A program made the translations under genes and the position numbers. Under the pieces are notes generated by a model that was not told where the DNA came from, did no database searches, and saw only the letters and a list, made by a program, of their open reading frames with translations. Below, one piece after another: positions 1 to 11,404 of a stretch of DNA of 46,108 nt. Origin of the DNA: Peribolospora baueri (taxonomy: Eukaryota); assembly GCA_029717555.1 (NCBI GenBank), contig JAMDHS010000017.1, forward strand, positions 248,001 to 294,108. The letters run 5' to 3'. Each line of letters starts with the position of its first letter. The stretch's first letter is position 1.

Positions 1-103
1 GAAGCAACAAAACCCGAAACGAAAGTCATCAGACACGGAACGAGGGAAGAACAGGGCGCCCTTGGGTCAAGGTAAGGACCCTGTCGCTCTAGCCGTCACT
101 CAC

Positions 104-1365
104 CGTGCCCAGGTAAGACTCTGCAACAATGCGCGCCCGCGCGTTCAAGCTGAGCTTCATCTCGCTGATCTCCTTGTCCACATCTTCCATGAACCTGTTC
201 GCACACGCGCACAGTCAGGGAGACGCGGTCGCGAATAAATGCCGAAAAGTAACGAACGGTCAGCGCAAGATTGCATCTCCTCACTGCTTGATAATAAACG
301 ATCGGTGAAGGACTGGAGAAAGATGGAGGGCGGAGGGATGATGGGACAATGAGCTCACTGTATAATGAAGTCCACAAGCTTATGCTTGAGCATCGTCTCC
401 GAGTGGAAGTTGGTGATGAGGAAGGAAATGTCATAGCCCTGGGAGGGTTGACAAACAAGGACGAGACAAGCGAGAAGAGCGCGCAAGATAAAGAGTAGAT
501 GTGAGTGTTCGCTTGATGACTAGGAAAAACCTTCCCTCGCACGCGTCAAATTGCCTTCGCTCGTCGCCGTACTCGAACCTCGTCTAGTCGTCTGACCCAA
601 GGTCATCATCCGAGCCACTTCAGCACGGATTTAAAGTACTCACAGGAATCGGCTTCCTCCTGAGCACGACGAAGTTCTCAGCGCGCATCATCATGAACCT
701 CGTGAACTTGTGGCACAGGATCCGCTCGATCTCATCCGCCTGCTTGATCCTTATGCTCAGCCTTATCGAGTTCACAGAAGGTTCAATAAGCACTCTCTCG
801 TGCTCATTGCGCGAGATCACAAGGGGGTTCAGGAGCACTTCGCGGGATGTTCTGGTGGTACGTTGGAATTGGCGAGCCCAAGACGGAACGAGGGAGTGGT
901 GTGAGGAGCCGTGAACAAAATTCATACGAGCGTCTCAATCGACAACCAAGGCTGCGGCAGCCAATACCCACCGTGCCTCGATTTCCGGCTTGTTGTGACG
1001 CTCCACGACCTATCCTCATTGCGGATGCATAAAGCCACGCCAATGATCAGCTCCATGGTCGCCCCCAACTCAATTCACGGGTTGGCAGCCCCCAGACGCC
1101 AGAAACGTGTCCAAACCAGCAAGCCCATCTCTTCAAGACCTTTCCAGTTTTTTCCCACTCACCTGGGAAGAAAAGTTTTCTAGCGTCAGCGCGGCCGTCA
1201 AGGTGGACCGCACGGCGGCAAGGTAAGGGCGAAGCGTGTTAGACTGCGTGTGTGGAAAGATGAGGCAGCGCGTTAAGGATGAAGTGAAAAGAGACCACAA
1301 AAGGGTCAGTCCATCAGCATTCCATCAGCACGGCGCGCTCCATTAATACCAGGTCGACTCACCAT
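104..1365 (-). CDS. ARPC4: Arp2/3 complex subunit 4 (p20-Arc), multi-exon; last exon lies left of the window
   Basis: Spliced translation [39 protein letters not shown]..|..[92 protein letters not shown]..|[34 protein letters not shown] introns; ATG at 1365-1363 followed directly by GTGAGT. Confidence 0.95.
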
Positions 1366-1687
1366 TCTTGAGAGCTTCTCCCCTACCGGAATGACGAGCC
1401 GCAAGGTATTGTTGCTTAGCGTTGTGACGACCGCCAGCTTCCCATCGACGACCGATCGGCTTGGAGTCGGCGGCTGCCGCAGCCAGCCCGTGCGTGGGAA
1501 CTAAAGATGGCCACGTGACTGATCGTGCTCGATCACTTTCTTTTTTTCGCGAAGCCGCGCTTCGCCGACGGCATTCTTGGGGAAAAGTGGCTAAGAAGAA
1601 GAGGGCCGCCGACCTCCAGTCTAGTTTTTCTCTTCCCGCCCCCCGCCCTTTCCAAAGGAACGAAAAGGAGCAAAAGGATACCAAATC

Positions 1688-3634
1688 ATGTCTGTGCCTG
1701 TTGCATTCTGGTGAGTTGCGAGGCTATTTTTTCTATTGAGATTAGTCCGCCCAGATCTTGACGCCAACCTCCTGCCCTCACGCGACAGGGCTCTCCAACT
1801 GGGTCAAGCGAACGTGGTGCAACGCATCAGCGTCTCCAAGGACTTCTGCATCACCAACATTGCCCTTGGGGAGGATATCGATGGAAACAAGCGCACATGC
1901 GTGAAGGTCCACTACTACGGCGAGCCCGTGTCCGCTGAGGACTCAGATGAGGAGTCCGAGGAGGAGGAGGAGGAGGAGGAGGAAGAGGATGCGGTGAAGG
2001 CGAACGGGAAGGGGAAGGAGAAGGAGATTGAGAAGAACTATGTCATTGCGAGCTTGACGCCTGGTAAGGTAAGTTTTTCATGGCAAGACTTTCGCGCTTA
2101 GTCCGCGAAGCTAAGCACGGCGTCCTAGCCTCGTTGAATGAGGCGAACTTCCCTCCCTGTTGCGCTGGTGCTTATCTCGCTCGTCCGCTCGTCCGCCTTC
2201 TGGTCCCTCTTGAAACACAGATCGAGCAGTCGCAGACGAACTTGACCTTTAGCGAAGGCGAAGAGATTGGTTTCTCTATCAACACCAACAGTGCCGTCCA
2301 TTTGTGTGAGTTGCTCTTCGCTGTAAATGATGCGAGACGTATATAAGCTGATATGATGCCTCTCCATCTCCACTTATTTTCCCCAGTGGGCAATTTCATC
2401 GTCCCTCCCGAAGGCTTCGATCAGCCTCCGGTTGATTCCGACGACGATTCGGAAGGCTACGGCTCCTTGGATGAGGAGTTCTACTCTGACGAAAACGAGG
2501 ACGAGGATGATGAGGAAGAAGAGGAGGGCGATTCCGGACGGTTTGAGGAGATTCAGTCGCGAATCTTGGGCGCCAAGCGACGGGCATCGGAGGCGATGGA
2601 CATCGAGGGCGAGGAAGGAACAAAAGAAGGCGGAGCGGAGTCCAAGAAGCTGAGCAAGAACGAGCGCAAGAAGCTGGCTAAGAAGGCCAAGACCAACGAC
2701 GGATCGGCCGTCGAGCCGTCCGCCGCGCCGAAGGAGCAGGTGAAGAAGGCGGAAGCGACGAAGGAGAAAGTGACGGAGAAGAAGGCGGGGAAGGAGCCGA
2801 GTAAGGAGAAGGCTGAGGCGAAGAAGGATGGACAGACGGTGAGTGTGCTAGCAGGGCCTTTAACTTTTCGTGCGAGACAAGCACGCTGAGTACTGACAAG
2901 CACGCTGAGTACTGACATGTTTCCCTCTTTTCTGAAAAGGCTACCAAAAAGACAAAGCTCGACAATGGCTTGATCATTGAAGACGTTAAGGTCGGCACGG
3001 GCAAGGTGGCCAAGCCTGGGAACAAGATCGGCATGCGGTGGGTATAATGTTGCTTTTCCCATCGGAGGGTTCTTTGGTCCTGCCATTTGCTCGCCTTCGA
3101 TTTTCCTTCAGAGGCCTGTTGACAAACGCCTCGTCCACACACGTCTGACGCTGCCTCTTCGGTCACTGGGATATTTACGATCGATACAGCTACATTGGCC
3201 GCCTGCAAAACGGCAAGCAATTTGACGCGAATACCTCTGGAAAGCCTTTCTACTTCAAGCTGGGCGCTGGAGAAGTTATCAAGGGTGAGTAGAGCCGCTT
3301 GCTCATCTCGTTTCCTCTCTTCATGCTCTCATACCTATGCCGACCGGAACCTCTTCTAACGCGGAACTTTGTCTCTTTTTCTGTTCACGTCACGTAATGA
3401 AGGTTGGGATCAAGGGATCAAAGGCATGCAAGTAGGCGGTGAACGCAAGCTCACTATCCCCGCCAAGCTCGCCTACGGCAACCAGAGCATTCCCGGCATC
3501 CCCAAGAACTCGACCCTCAACTTCGGTGCGTTCCTCTTCAATTCATCGTGGTCGGTGTCCCGAGGCCTCGCTGAGTGTTCATTTCATCCGTTGATTATTA
3601 TATGGCAGAGGTCAAGCTCGTTGAAATCAAGTGA
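1688..3634 (+). CDS. FPR4: Nucleolar FK506-binding protein (Fpr3/Fpr4/Fkbp39 type): nucleoplasmin-like N-terminus, acidic and Lys-rich tracts, C-terminal FKBP PPIase
   Basis: MSVPVAFW start; poly-E/D tracts; C-terminal [93 protein letters not shown], stop at 3632-3634. Confidence 0.92.
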
Positions 3635-4201
3635 GGTGCCCGGAGCAAACGGAAGCGAGGCGGGGTGGGCCTATAGGTTTCTTCTCCCTTCCGTGTCGCT
3701 TGTGGACCGGCTCCCGCTTTTCTTTCTCTTGTCGTTCATCTACCTCGTCTATGCTCTTCCCAACAAAATCCTCGCCTCGCTCCAAGCGTTCGTGTATATA
3801 GTAGCTCACGTCCAGTCTGGCAGGAATCGACTCGAGGTAGTTACAGAGACCTCGAAGTTGATCACGCCGGCGCGATGGAGCGAGCGTCCCCAAGTGAATT
3901 CAGCCTCGGACGTTGGCCAAAGACGGCGGTCCTGAGCAAATCGCACCCAGCTCGCATTGCAAACAAAGTGTAGTTTATGGCCAGTCTCACCCGGCCCAAT
4001 CCAGGCGTCGCGGGGGCTTGGTGGAAAACTGGTTGGATATGGTATATGCGAGCATGCGGAGTGCGAAACGTCTGCGAAGACGGGTCCCCCCCGACCTCGC
4101 TTCCTCTCTCTATCCGAAACACGTACGGTGGCTCAGACGATGACGATGGTAAGGAATTATGGGATGAGGATGGGAGATATAGATGCGACGACGAAAGAGT
4201 G

Positions 4202-6131
4202 TCAGGATACGAGGATGAAAAGAAGGAAGAAGATGATGAGGACCTGCGAGTGGAACGGAAAGGGTGAGAACCATTTCGGATTTGGCCAGGGGACGAAAGT
4301 GCCGCCCGTTGTTAGATTTGATCGTGCGAAAGGGGCAAACGGACGTCACAGAAAGCAGTGGACAGCTTTCAGGCTCACCCCGAAAATCTTCAGCATTAGC
4401 CACCGATTGCTGGAGACGGAGGCATAATATTTGAGAAGCTCTCTCTGAGCACCCTGCACGTTGTCCGCCACGTCCATCGTGTCCGCGTCGATACGCTGCA
4501 CCGTCTCGCGCTGTTCGGCAACCATGTGCGCCAGCTGCCCGAAGATCTGGCCCAATTCAGAGATGGTCGACTCGATCGACTCGATGGCCGTCGACCGCGA
4601 TTGGAGGTAGGCGTTCTGGTCCTGCCAAGCCATGCATGCCATGGTGAGGAAGAAGAGAGGGAGTGGTGGGCGAGAGCAAAAAGAAGGGAGTATAAAAACG
4701 TTGTCAGTCCAGGAAAGCGAGCAGCGGGCAATCAAGCTTTGCTTTTTCCAAAGCACATCCAAGCTTCTGCTGACGATCACTTCGATCGACCCACGGTGAG
4801 CTAGCGAGAGGCATATCCGACTCACATGACCGTGCTCCTGCAGTTGCATCTGCATGAATCCTTCTCCCCCGTATGCTGGCCCTCCTCTGCCAGCAGCCCC
4901 ACCGGCACCCATGTCCAAAGCGAGAAAATCGCTGTCCGCACGTCCTTTTCCCTTTGCGTCTCCGACTCCTGTGCCTTGCCCACCACCTCCCGCTGAGCCA
5001 TTCGCAGAGCCGTGTACAGAGCGTTGGGATAGCGATGAGCTTGGTCGGGTGGGGTTGTAAAGCGGCGAGTCTGCTCGAGCATACGGTTGGAGGTGCGATG
5101 AGTCACCAAAGGGAGTGGAACCGAGTTGACCGGGATGGAAAGGATGCGCCGACGAGGTATCCGAGGAAAGACCGGCGTTGGAAGTTTTGCGAGCACGAAG
5201 AACTGGGCGACGTGGGTCAGTGTTCGGTTGTTTGTCAATGTAGAAAGAGAGGGTGAGGTGGCATGCAGCCAGCGAAGCCAGCGAGATGCTCCACACTCAG
5301 GGGTCGAGGCGTGGGGAAAGGGTGGCGGTGAAGCGACACTCACCGGAATTCGGACCGCCAGGCGCGGCTGATGAAGAAGCGGAGTACATGAACTGCTCTG
5401 TTCGATCTTTTGACGCTTTCATGTTCTGTTCGGAAGGTGGAGTGGAGGCACGACCCATGCATGCCAAGGTTGTTGGAGCTAAGCCATCCAACTTGGGAAG
5501 AAGTGTGCTGCAAGTGGCCATGCCATTGCTCACCTGCGTCCGTATTTCCAATATGTCTTTGAAACTCGTCGTCGTGCTGGCCAACTTTGTCTGCAAAAGC
5601 GTGACGACGTTGGCATTGTGCTCCTCCGCCGAAGCCTCGTTCTTTGCGAACTTGGGTCGACTGTTGGCCTTGACGAAAGCTTGTAGGTCAGAGAGTTGCC
5701 GATTGATGGAGGCAATGTCATGCTTGATGATGTACGTCAGCTCGGAGATCTCTACCGGCCGGTCGTCGAAGAGGGTTTTTCGCTTCGCGACTGGCAGTTT
5801 ACCAAAGGGGAAGCAGGAGGAGGAAAGAATGGCGACGGCGTCAGCCTGGTCTTCTGTACGGGCGGGTCAAAGATGAGGTTAACCCATCGCCTGCCGCCTA
5901 CTCACGCTGTGCCAGCTTTCCCAACTTGATCGTGGTGCTATTGATCTCTTTTCCGATCGCCTGAGCCCTCCTCGCGAACTCTCCCTTGGGCGCGGGCTGC
6001 TTGCCTTCGGCGATGAGCCTTCTTCGCTGCTCCTGCGACCGAGCGGCGACAGAAGAGAGAGGGAGATCGGATCGACTGCGGATGGACTCGACGCAGGATC
6101 GAAACTCATGTGTGCGATCCTTGAGCGACAT
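4202..6131 (-). CDS. SED5: cis-Golgi t-SNARE syntaxin-5
   Basis: N-peptide MSLKDRTHEFRSC; KTLFDDRPVEISELTYIIK; SNARE motif YLQSRSTAIESIESTISELGQIFGQLAHMVAEQRETVQRID..GAQRELLKYYASVSSNRWLMLKIFG; spliced TM anchor VLIIFFLLFILVS*. Confidence 0.95.
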
Positions 6132-7167
6132 GAAGAGCTGGTGTGGGATGGTGAAGGGGGGGCGGGGTGGCGAGTGTTGCAGGAGTCGTCAATCCGGCGC
6201 CGTACAGTAGTAGTTGGTCGCCACGACACCCACGCGGTCTCGAGCAAGACGAGATGAAAAGTGGTTGCTCAAATGAGGCGTTGTCGTCCTCGATCTGGTG
6301 TCGCACAGCGGAACGACACAAGCGAGATGGAAAGTGCAGAAGCGAGGGCTATGAGACAACAAGGCGAGTACGGCCGTGTTCTATGTGTCCTTCCTTTGCC
6401 TGCGTCGTCAGACACTGTCCCGCTGGAAGCGGACAGCGGCAGCTTCGGGGTAACCCTAATAATAGTTCGATCGCACGTGGCAATGGCGGCCACGCTGCGT
6501 CACCTCGGCCAAGAGGTCCAGTTCACGGCGGCTTGCTCTCTCTGGCTGAGGCAGGCGGCCGAGCCTTGGCTTTGGCTTGGTTGCTTGCGGCCGGAAGGAT
6601 GTATCTATCTACTTTTCCCGCGCGGTAATTTGCCTAATGTGTAAATGTCTATGACGAATCCGCCCATCAGCTTTCGATGCTCATGTCGGTATAGCAGCGC
6701 ATCTTGCTCCTTTGCGGAACGGGTTCCAAAGGATCCTCGAGTCGCGGCTCTACTGTTGCAACCCACTTGTACTCTTGCCAAGAGCCGTATTTTCCACACA
6801 TACATGTGTGCTTTACTGAGGACTACGCTGGACTTCACCGCGACTGAGGTAGGCGACGTGCGGGACGAGCAAGGACAGCTTCGGGACGACCGCAAGGGAG
6901 ACCTCTCGCTGTCGATCGGACAGACACTGGACTGGCTGTTCTGTCTGGCCGAGTGATCGATCGATCGACCTTCTCTCCTCCATCCTTCCGTCGCGCCCGC
7001 CCACCCAGCCTGTCAGTCTACCGGCCATCCACGACGACCGCCGATAACACACCTCGGATCGTCCCCTTCGGCTCAGCGTAGGTCCAGATTACTTACGCAC
7101 CACACACACAGACCACCGCACAGCCGACCCAAGGGTGCATCGTCCAACTCGCTCGGTTCCTCGTGCA

Positions 7168-9532
7168 ATGTCGGGTCTCCGAATCGGAGTGGGTCGCGTT
7201 CCCCGCATCCGTCTATCTTATTCGTCCTCTCTCGCCTCCGTCACCTCTTCCTTCCTCACCACCACTACCACCACCACCTCGGCCACTGCCACATCCTTCC
7301 CTTCCCGAGCTCTCGCCTCGTACTTCACTTCCGCACGTACCGGCTCTTCGTCGTCCCTCTTCGCCTCGTCTTCGGCGCGCCACCCTCGCAAGCTCAACAT
7401 GCCGTCCATGCCAAAGGGCCTCTACCAGGCAAACAGCTCCCAAGCCGGCACGCACGCCATGCAGGTGAGGACGAGGAGCTCACTGTAAGACGGGGCGGAG
7501 AAAGCCATCCCCATGGCGGCGATGACCAACAGGGGACGACGCTTCGCGCTTTTGGAGCTGCGGTTGCCGGTGGACATCGGGTGCACCGGAAGCGTGCACC
7601 GGAAAGCTGCGTCGGATGGTTGCAATTCGCCGGACATGCTGCTAATCGTCGTCGATCGTTCGCGTTCGTCGCGTTGTCATATGCGTATCCCTTTCCGCAG
7701 ATCAAGGACAAAGATCTCTTCCGCACTGAATCGTACGTCAATGGCGAGTGGGTCAAGTCCTCCGACAATACCACTTTCAAAGTGGCCAACCCCGCCACCA
7801 ATGCTGCTCTTGGCGAGGTCGCCGACCTGACCCGCGCCGACGTCCGCAAGGCCATCGACGCCGCCGCCGCCGCGTTTCCGAGCTGGAGCAAGACGACGGG
7901 CAAGCAGCGTCATGACTATCTTCGCAAGCTCTTCGACGCTATCCAAGCCAACGCAGATGACCTCGCTCACATCCTCTGTGCCGAGAACGGCAAGCCCCTC
8001 CCCGACGCCAAGGGGGAGATCACGTACGGTAACTCGTTCCTCGAGTGGTTCGCAGCCGAGGCCGTCAGGTCTTACGGTCACATCGTGCCTAGCGCCGTGC
8101 CTGGCGTTCGGAATACCGTCATCAAGCAGCCCATCGGCGTTGCTGGGCTGATCACCCCTTGGTGAGCTGCAGGATATGTGTTCCATCGAACAGAGTCTAC
8201 ATGTGTCTGGAAGGGCTGCGAATCGACCCCTCCCTTATTTCCGTTTTCACACCATCGTGCCCCACCCTGAAGGAACTTCCCTAACGCCATGATCACCCGC
8301 AAGATGGCACCCGCATTGGCGGCCGGTTGCACTGTCGTGATCAAGGCGCCGGCCGAGACGCCCTTCTCCGCTTTGGCCCTCTGCGAGCTCGCGCACCGCG
8401 TCGGCATCCCCAAGGGCGTGATCAACGTCGTGACTGTCGCCAAGGGCGGAGAGAAGGAGAAGGAGGCCGGCAAGGAGATCTGCGAAAACCCCAACGTGCG
8501 CAAGGTCAGCTTCACTGGCAGCACCAACGTTGGCAAGCTCCTCATGACACAGAGCGCCAGCACGATGAAGAAGCTCAGCTTCGGTGAGTCTTAAAGGTGC
8601 GACGGACAGTCAAACAAGTAATTCGAAGCTGACACGCGGCTCCGACCTGGACGGGTTGAACTCTTGGATTTCATCGTCTCGCAGAGCTCGGCGGCAACGC
8701 TCCGTTCATCGTCTTCGGTGACGCCGACCTCGAACTGGCGGTCGCCAGTGCCTTGACCTGCAAGTTCCGCGGTTCTGGGCAGACCTGCGTGTGCGCCAAT
8801 CGGCTGTACGTGCACGAGTCGGTCTATGCCGAGTTCGCCTCCAAGCTGGCTGAGAAGGTGGACGCGTTCAAGGTCGGCAACGGTATGGACGAAGGTGTCA
8901 CTCACGGTCCGCTCATCAACGTCGCTGGCGTTGACAAGGTGGACAGACACGTTCAGGACGCTGTCAAGAAGGGCGCCCAAGTCTTGGTTGGCGGCAGGAG
9001 GGGCGAGGGCAACGTAAGTAGGCCATTTTTGAGAACGTCTTTTGGAGCGTATGTTCACTCGATGCCGATGTCTTCCGCCTCGTTCTCCTCAGTTCTACGA
9101 GCCCACCGTCCTCTCCGACGTGCCCGCGGATTGCCAAATCGCCGACGAGGAGACCTTCGGTCCGGTCGCCGCACTGTTCAAGTTCTCCACTGAGGAAGAG
9201 GTGGTCAAATTGGCGAACAACACCAACGTCGGTCTCGCCGGATATTTCTTCAGCCAGGACGTCAGCCGATGCTTCCGCGTGGCCGAAGCGCTCCACGTGG
9301 GTATGGTCGGCGTCAACACGGGCATCCTTAGCGAGGCTGCCATTCCGTTCGGAGGTGTGCTCGAGAGCGGTTTCGGAAGGGAGGGTGGAAAGACGGGCAT
9401 CGAGGAATACCAGGTTGACAAGGTGCGTTTTTGGATGATCATCTCATCATGCCTGCAAGGATGGCTATCTCGGCTCACTTGAACTTCTCGCCTTTCCTCT
9501 TCACGCAGCTTATCCGCTTCGGCGGAATCTGA
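7168..9532 (+). CDS. UGA2: NAD(P)+-dependent succinate-semialdehyde dehydrogenase (ALDH5/GabD family) with a putative mitochondrial presequence
   Basis: ALDH motifs LITPW|NFPNAMITRK, FTGSTNVGK, ELGGNAP, catalytic Cys in KFRGSGQTCVCANR, EETFGP, PFGGVLESGFGREG; last exon LIRFGGI*. Confidence 0.92.
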
Positions 9533-11175
9533 AGCCCCTTTTCCGCGGCCAGTTCTCTTCTCAGACTCGTCTTCGTGCCGGTCCATCCTTCCCTTTTTCG
9601 ACTTTCGCTCCAATAGTAGTTCGTTTGTGCGGAAGGAGGAAAGTCCTTTTTAGCCTACGATTTGTTACGTACTGACCTCAGCCACAAACGAAATTTTGTG
9701 AACAACGAAATGAATTGAACGAAGAAGACGCGCTAGCGCTGTACGGCTTCGGGAAGCAGTGGAACAGAGATCTCTTCATTACTCATTCGCACGTCGACCT
9801 TTCGTCGATCTTAAAGACTCCTTCCACCACTCCTTGGTGGCAACAGCCTTAATCGTACTCTGGCCTAAGTGCCCGTGTCACGGGTGCCAAAGTTGCAAGT
9901 CGACTGAAGGCGTTCCGTTCCCTTCGCTTTGATGAGTTGGGGTCGCTTTCGGTCCCACTGGGGAGTCCGTGTCGTCGACGACCGTGCCAAGTCCCACTTT
10001 CGCTCAAATCCGTCTTCGCTAGAGCCACTCCAGTCGAGTGCACGGCCCTTTGAGGCGACCGCGGCTTGACCGTCGGAGGTCGAGCTTATTGACTCCATCA
10101 CGGAATACCCGTACCGACGACATCTCCGTGACTAGTCCTGATTTTGCTTTTGCATCCACGGATCACGATTGTATATCCGCGTCGCGTGAGTTGGAGAACT
10201 GAACGGGGGTTTGCTGCGAGCCCAGGAACGTACAGGACTTCATCGATTGTCCCAAGTTGTCCATCGGGGAAGGTGCATTCGTAATGTGGTGCCAAGGATC
10301 CAGCCGTCCTGCAATGTCTCTTCCTTCTCACGCTTCTTTATCCGACACTCGGCGATCTTGTGTCCGGGTTTTTTGCAGTGGTGGCACTTTCCTTTGAACT
10401 TGGCCCCCTTCAAGTCAGACGTGGCCATCGCAGTCCCACCAGTCCGTGTCGCCCTTTCGCCAATCCTGCGCTTCTTGTCGACCTCAATACATGTATTTAT
10501 AACCACTTGAGGCGAGGGCAATCCGAATCGAAAAGCGTTCGCTCCGCATGCTGCTGTAATCACCTCGTACTCCTTCGGAAGTTCAATGAGCAGGCGCGCG
10601 AAGTCCTCGTCCGACAGCGTCCCTCCGGCAGCCTTGTACCTCTCGTGCAGCTCGGTAAATCGGTCGAGGAACTAACTCCTCCATCGACTCTTTGTTGTCG
10701 TACTTGATGAAGAGGAGCTCTTGTTTGAGCCGGAGTCGATCTACAATAGATTCGACGGAGCTTGATCCATATCTGCTTGGCCGACATGGCATTGTCGACC
10801 CATGCGAGCTGGGAGATCTCAAGTGACTATTATAGCCATCGCTGCCGACTGGAGAACCCTTTCGTACTCGCTGGCGCGGTCCTCCCTCTCGTCTTCGTCC
10901 GTGTACCGTTCCACGACCTCGTCAATTTTGACTTCGGGTTCGACCGGATCGACTATGAACCGGAGTCCGGCGCTCTCGAGGACCTTCATGACACTTTGTC
11001 GCCACTTATAGTAATTGGACTCGTTAAGGGTCGGCACACGCTGGAGGGCTGTGAATTGCACTTCCTTCGCATTCTCCAGCATGCTCTCAACGTCTCGGAA
11101 ACGCTTCGCTTTTGCTGTAGCCATATTGCGACTTGGTTCGTTTGTCGAAGTCGATCTTCCTGACCGTCGTGCTGC

Positions 11176-11189
11176 CTGGGCTCACAACC
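11176..11189 (-). promoter_or_regulatory. Primer-binding site of half-tRNA-iMet (hemivirus; copia/Ty5) type
   Basis: Minus strand GGTTGTGAGCCCAG directly after the LTR CA; resembles the GGTTATG(A/G)GCCC PBS of copia/Ty5. Confidence 0.75.
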
Positions 11190-11404
11190 TGTTGGGAACT
11201 TGGGAGACTTAAGTCACTTGTCGTGCGAAGGCGTCGCCTTATGTGTACAACAGAGGGAAACGAACAACTGGGTGAATGACGTGGACAAAGAAAGGCATGG
11301 GAGAGATACGCCAGAGCAATAGAACACGAACTAAGAGCTAGCGTTTGCTTTCCCTTTCCCCGTGTGCTGCGGTGGGGATCGTGCACCCGATCGGATCCTC
11401 AACA
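11190..11404 (-). repeat. Putative 215-bp 5' LTR of the copia element
   Basis: Inverted termini TGTTG (11190) ... CAACA (11404); on the minus strand the LTR end ...CCCAACA abuts the PBS. Outer end is inferred because no second LTR is present. Confidence 0.7.

Larger units (their letters stand above)
9850..11404 (-). mobile_element. Degenerate, 3'-truncated Ty1/copia LTR retrotransposon (5' LTR, PBS, gag, protease region, pre-integrase relic)
   Basis: Fragmented minus-strand frames: LNESNYYKWRQSVMKVL (copia gag N-terminus), SAKQIWIKLRRIY, zinc knuckle CHHCKKPGHKIAEC, WILG.. (degenerate protease), DEVLYVPGLAANPRSVLQL, WHGRRRH (GAG-pre-integrase-like). Several frameshifts/stops; no IN core, RT or 3' LTR seen. 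Left boundary approximate. Confidence 0.88.

Noticed and set aside
1958..1990. (GAG)n repeat
   Set aside because: Encodes the ordinary acidic tract of nucleolar FKBP.
9650..9860. Search for the 3' LTR and target-site duplication of the copia element
   Set aside because: No copy of the 11190-11404 sequence or matching 5-bp TSD; element treated as truncated.
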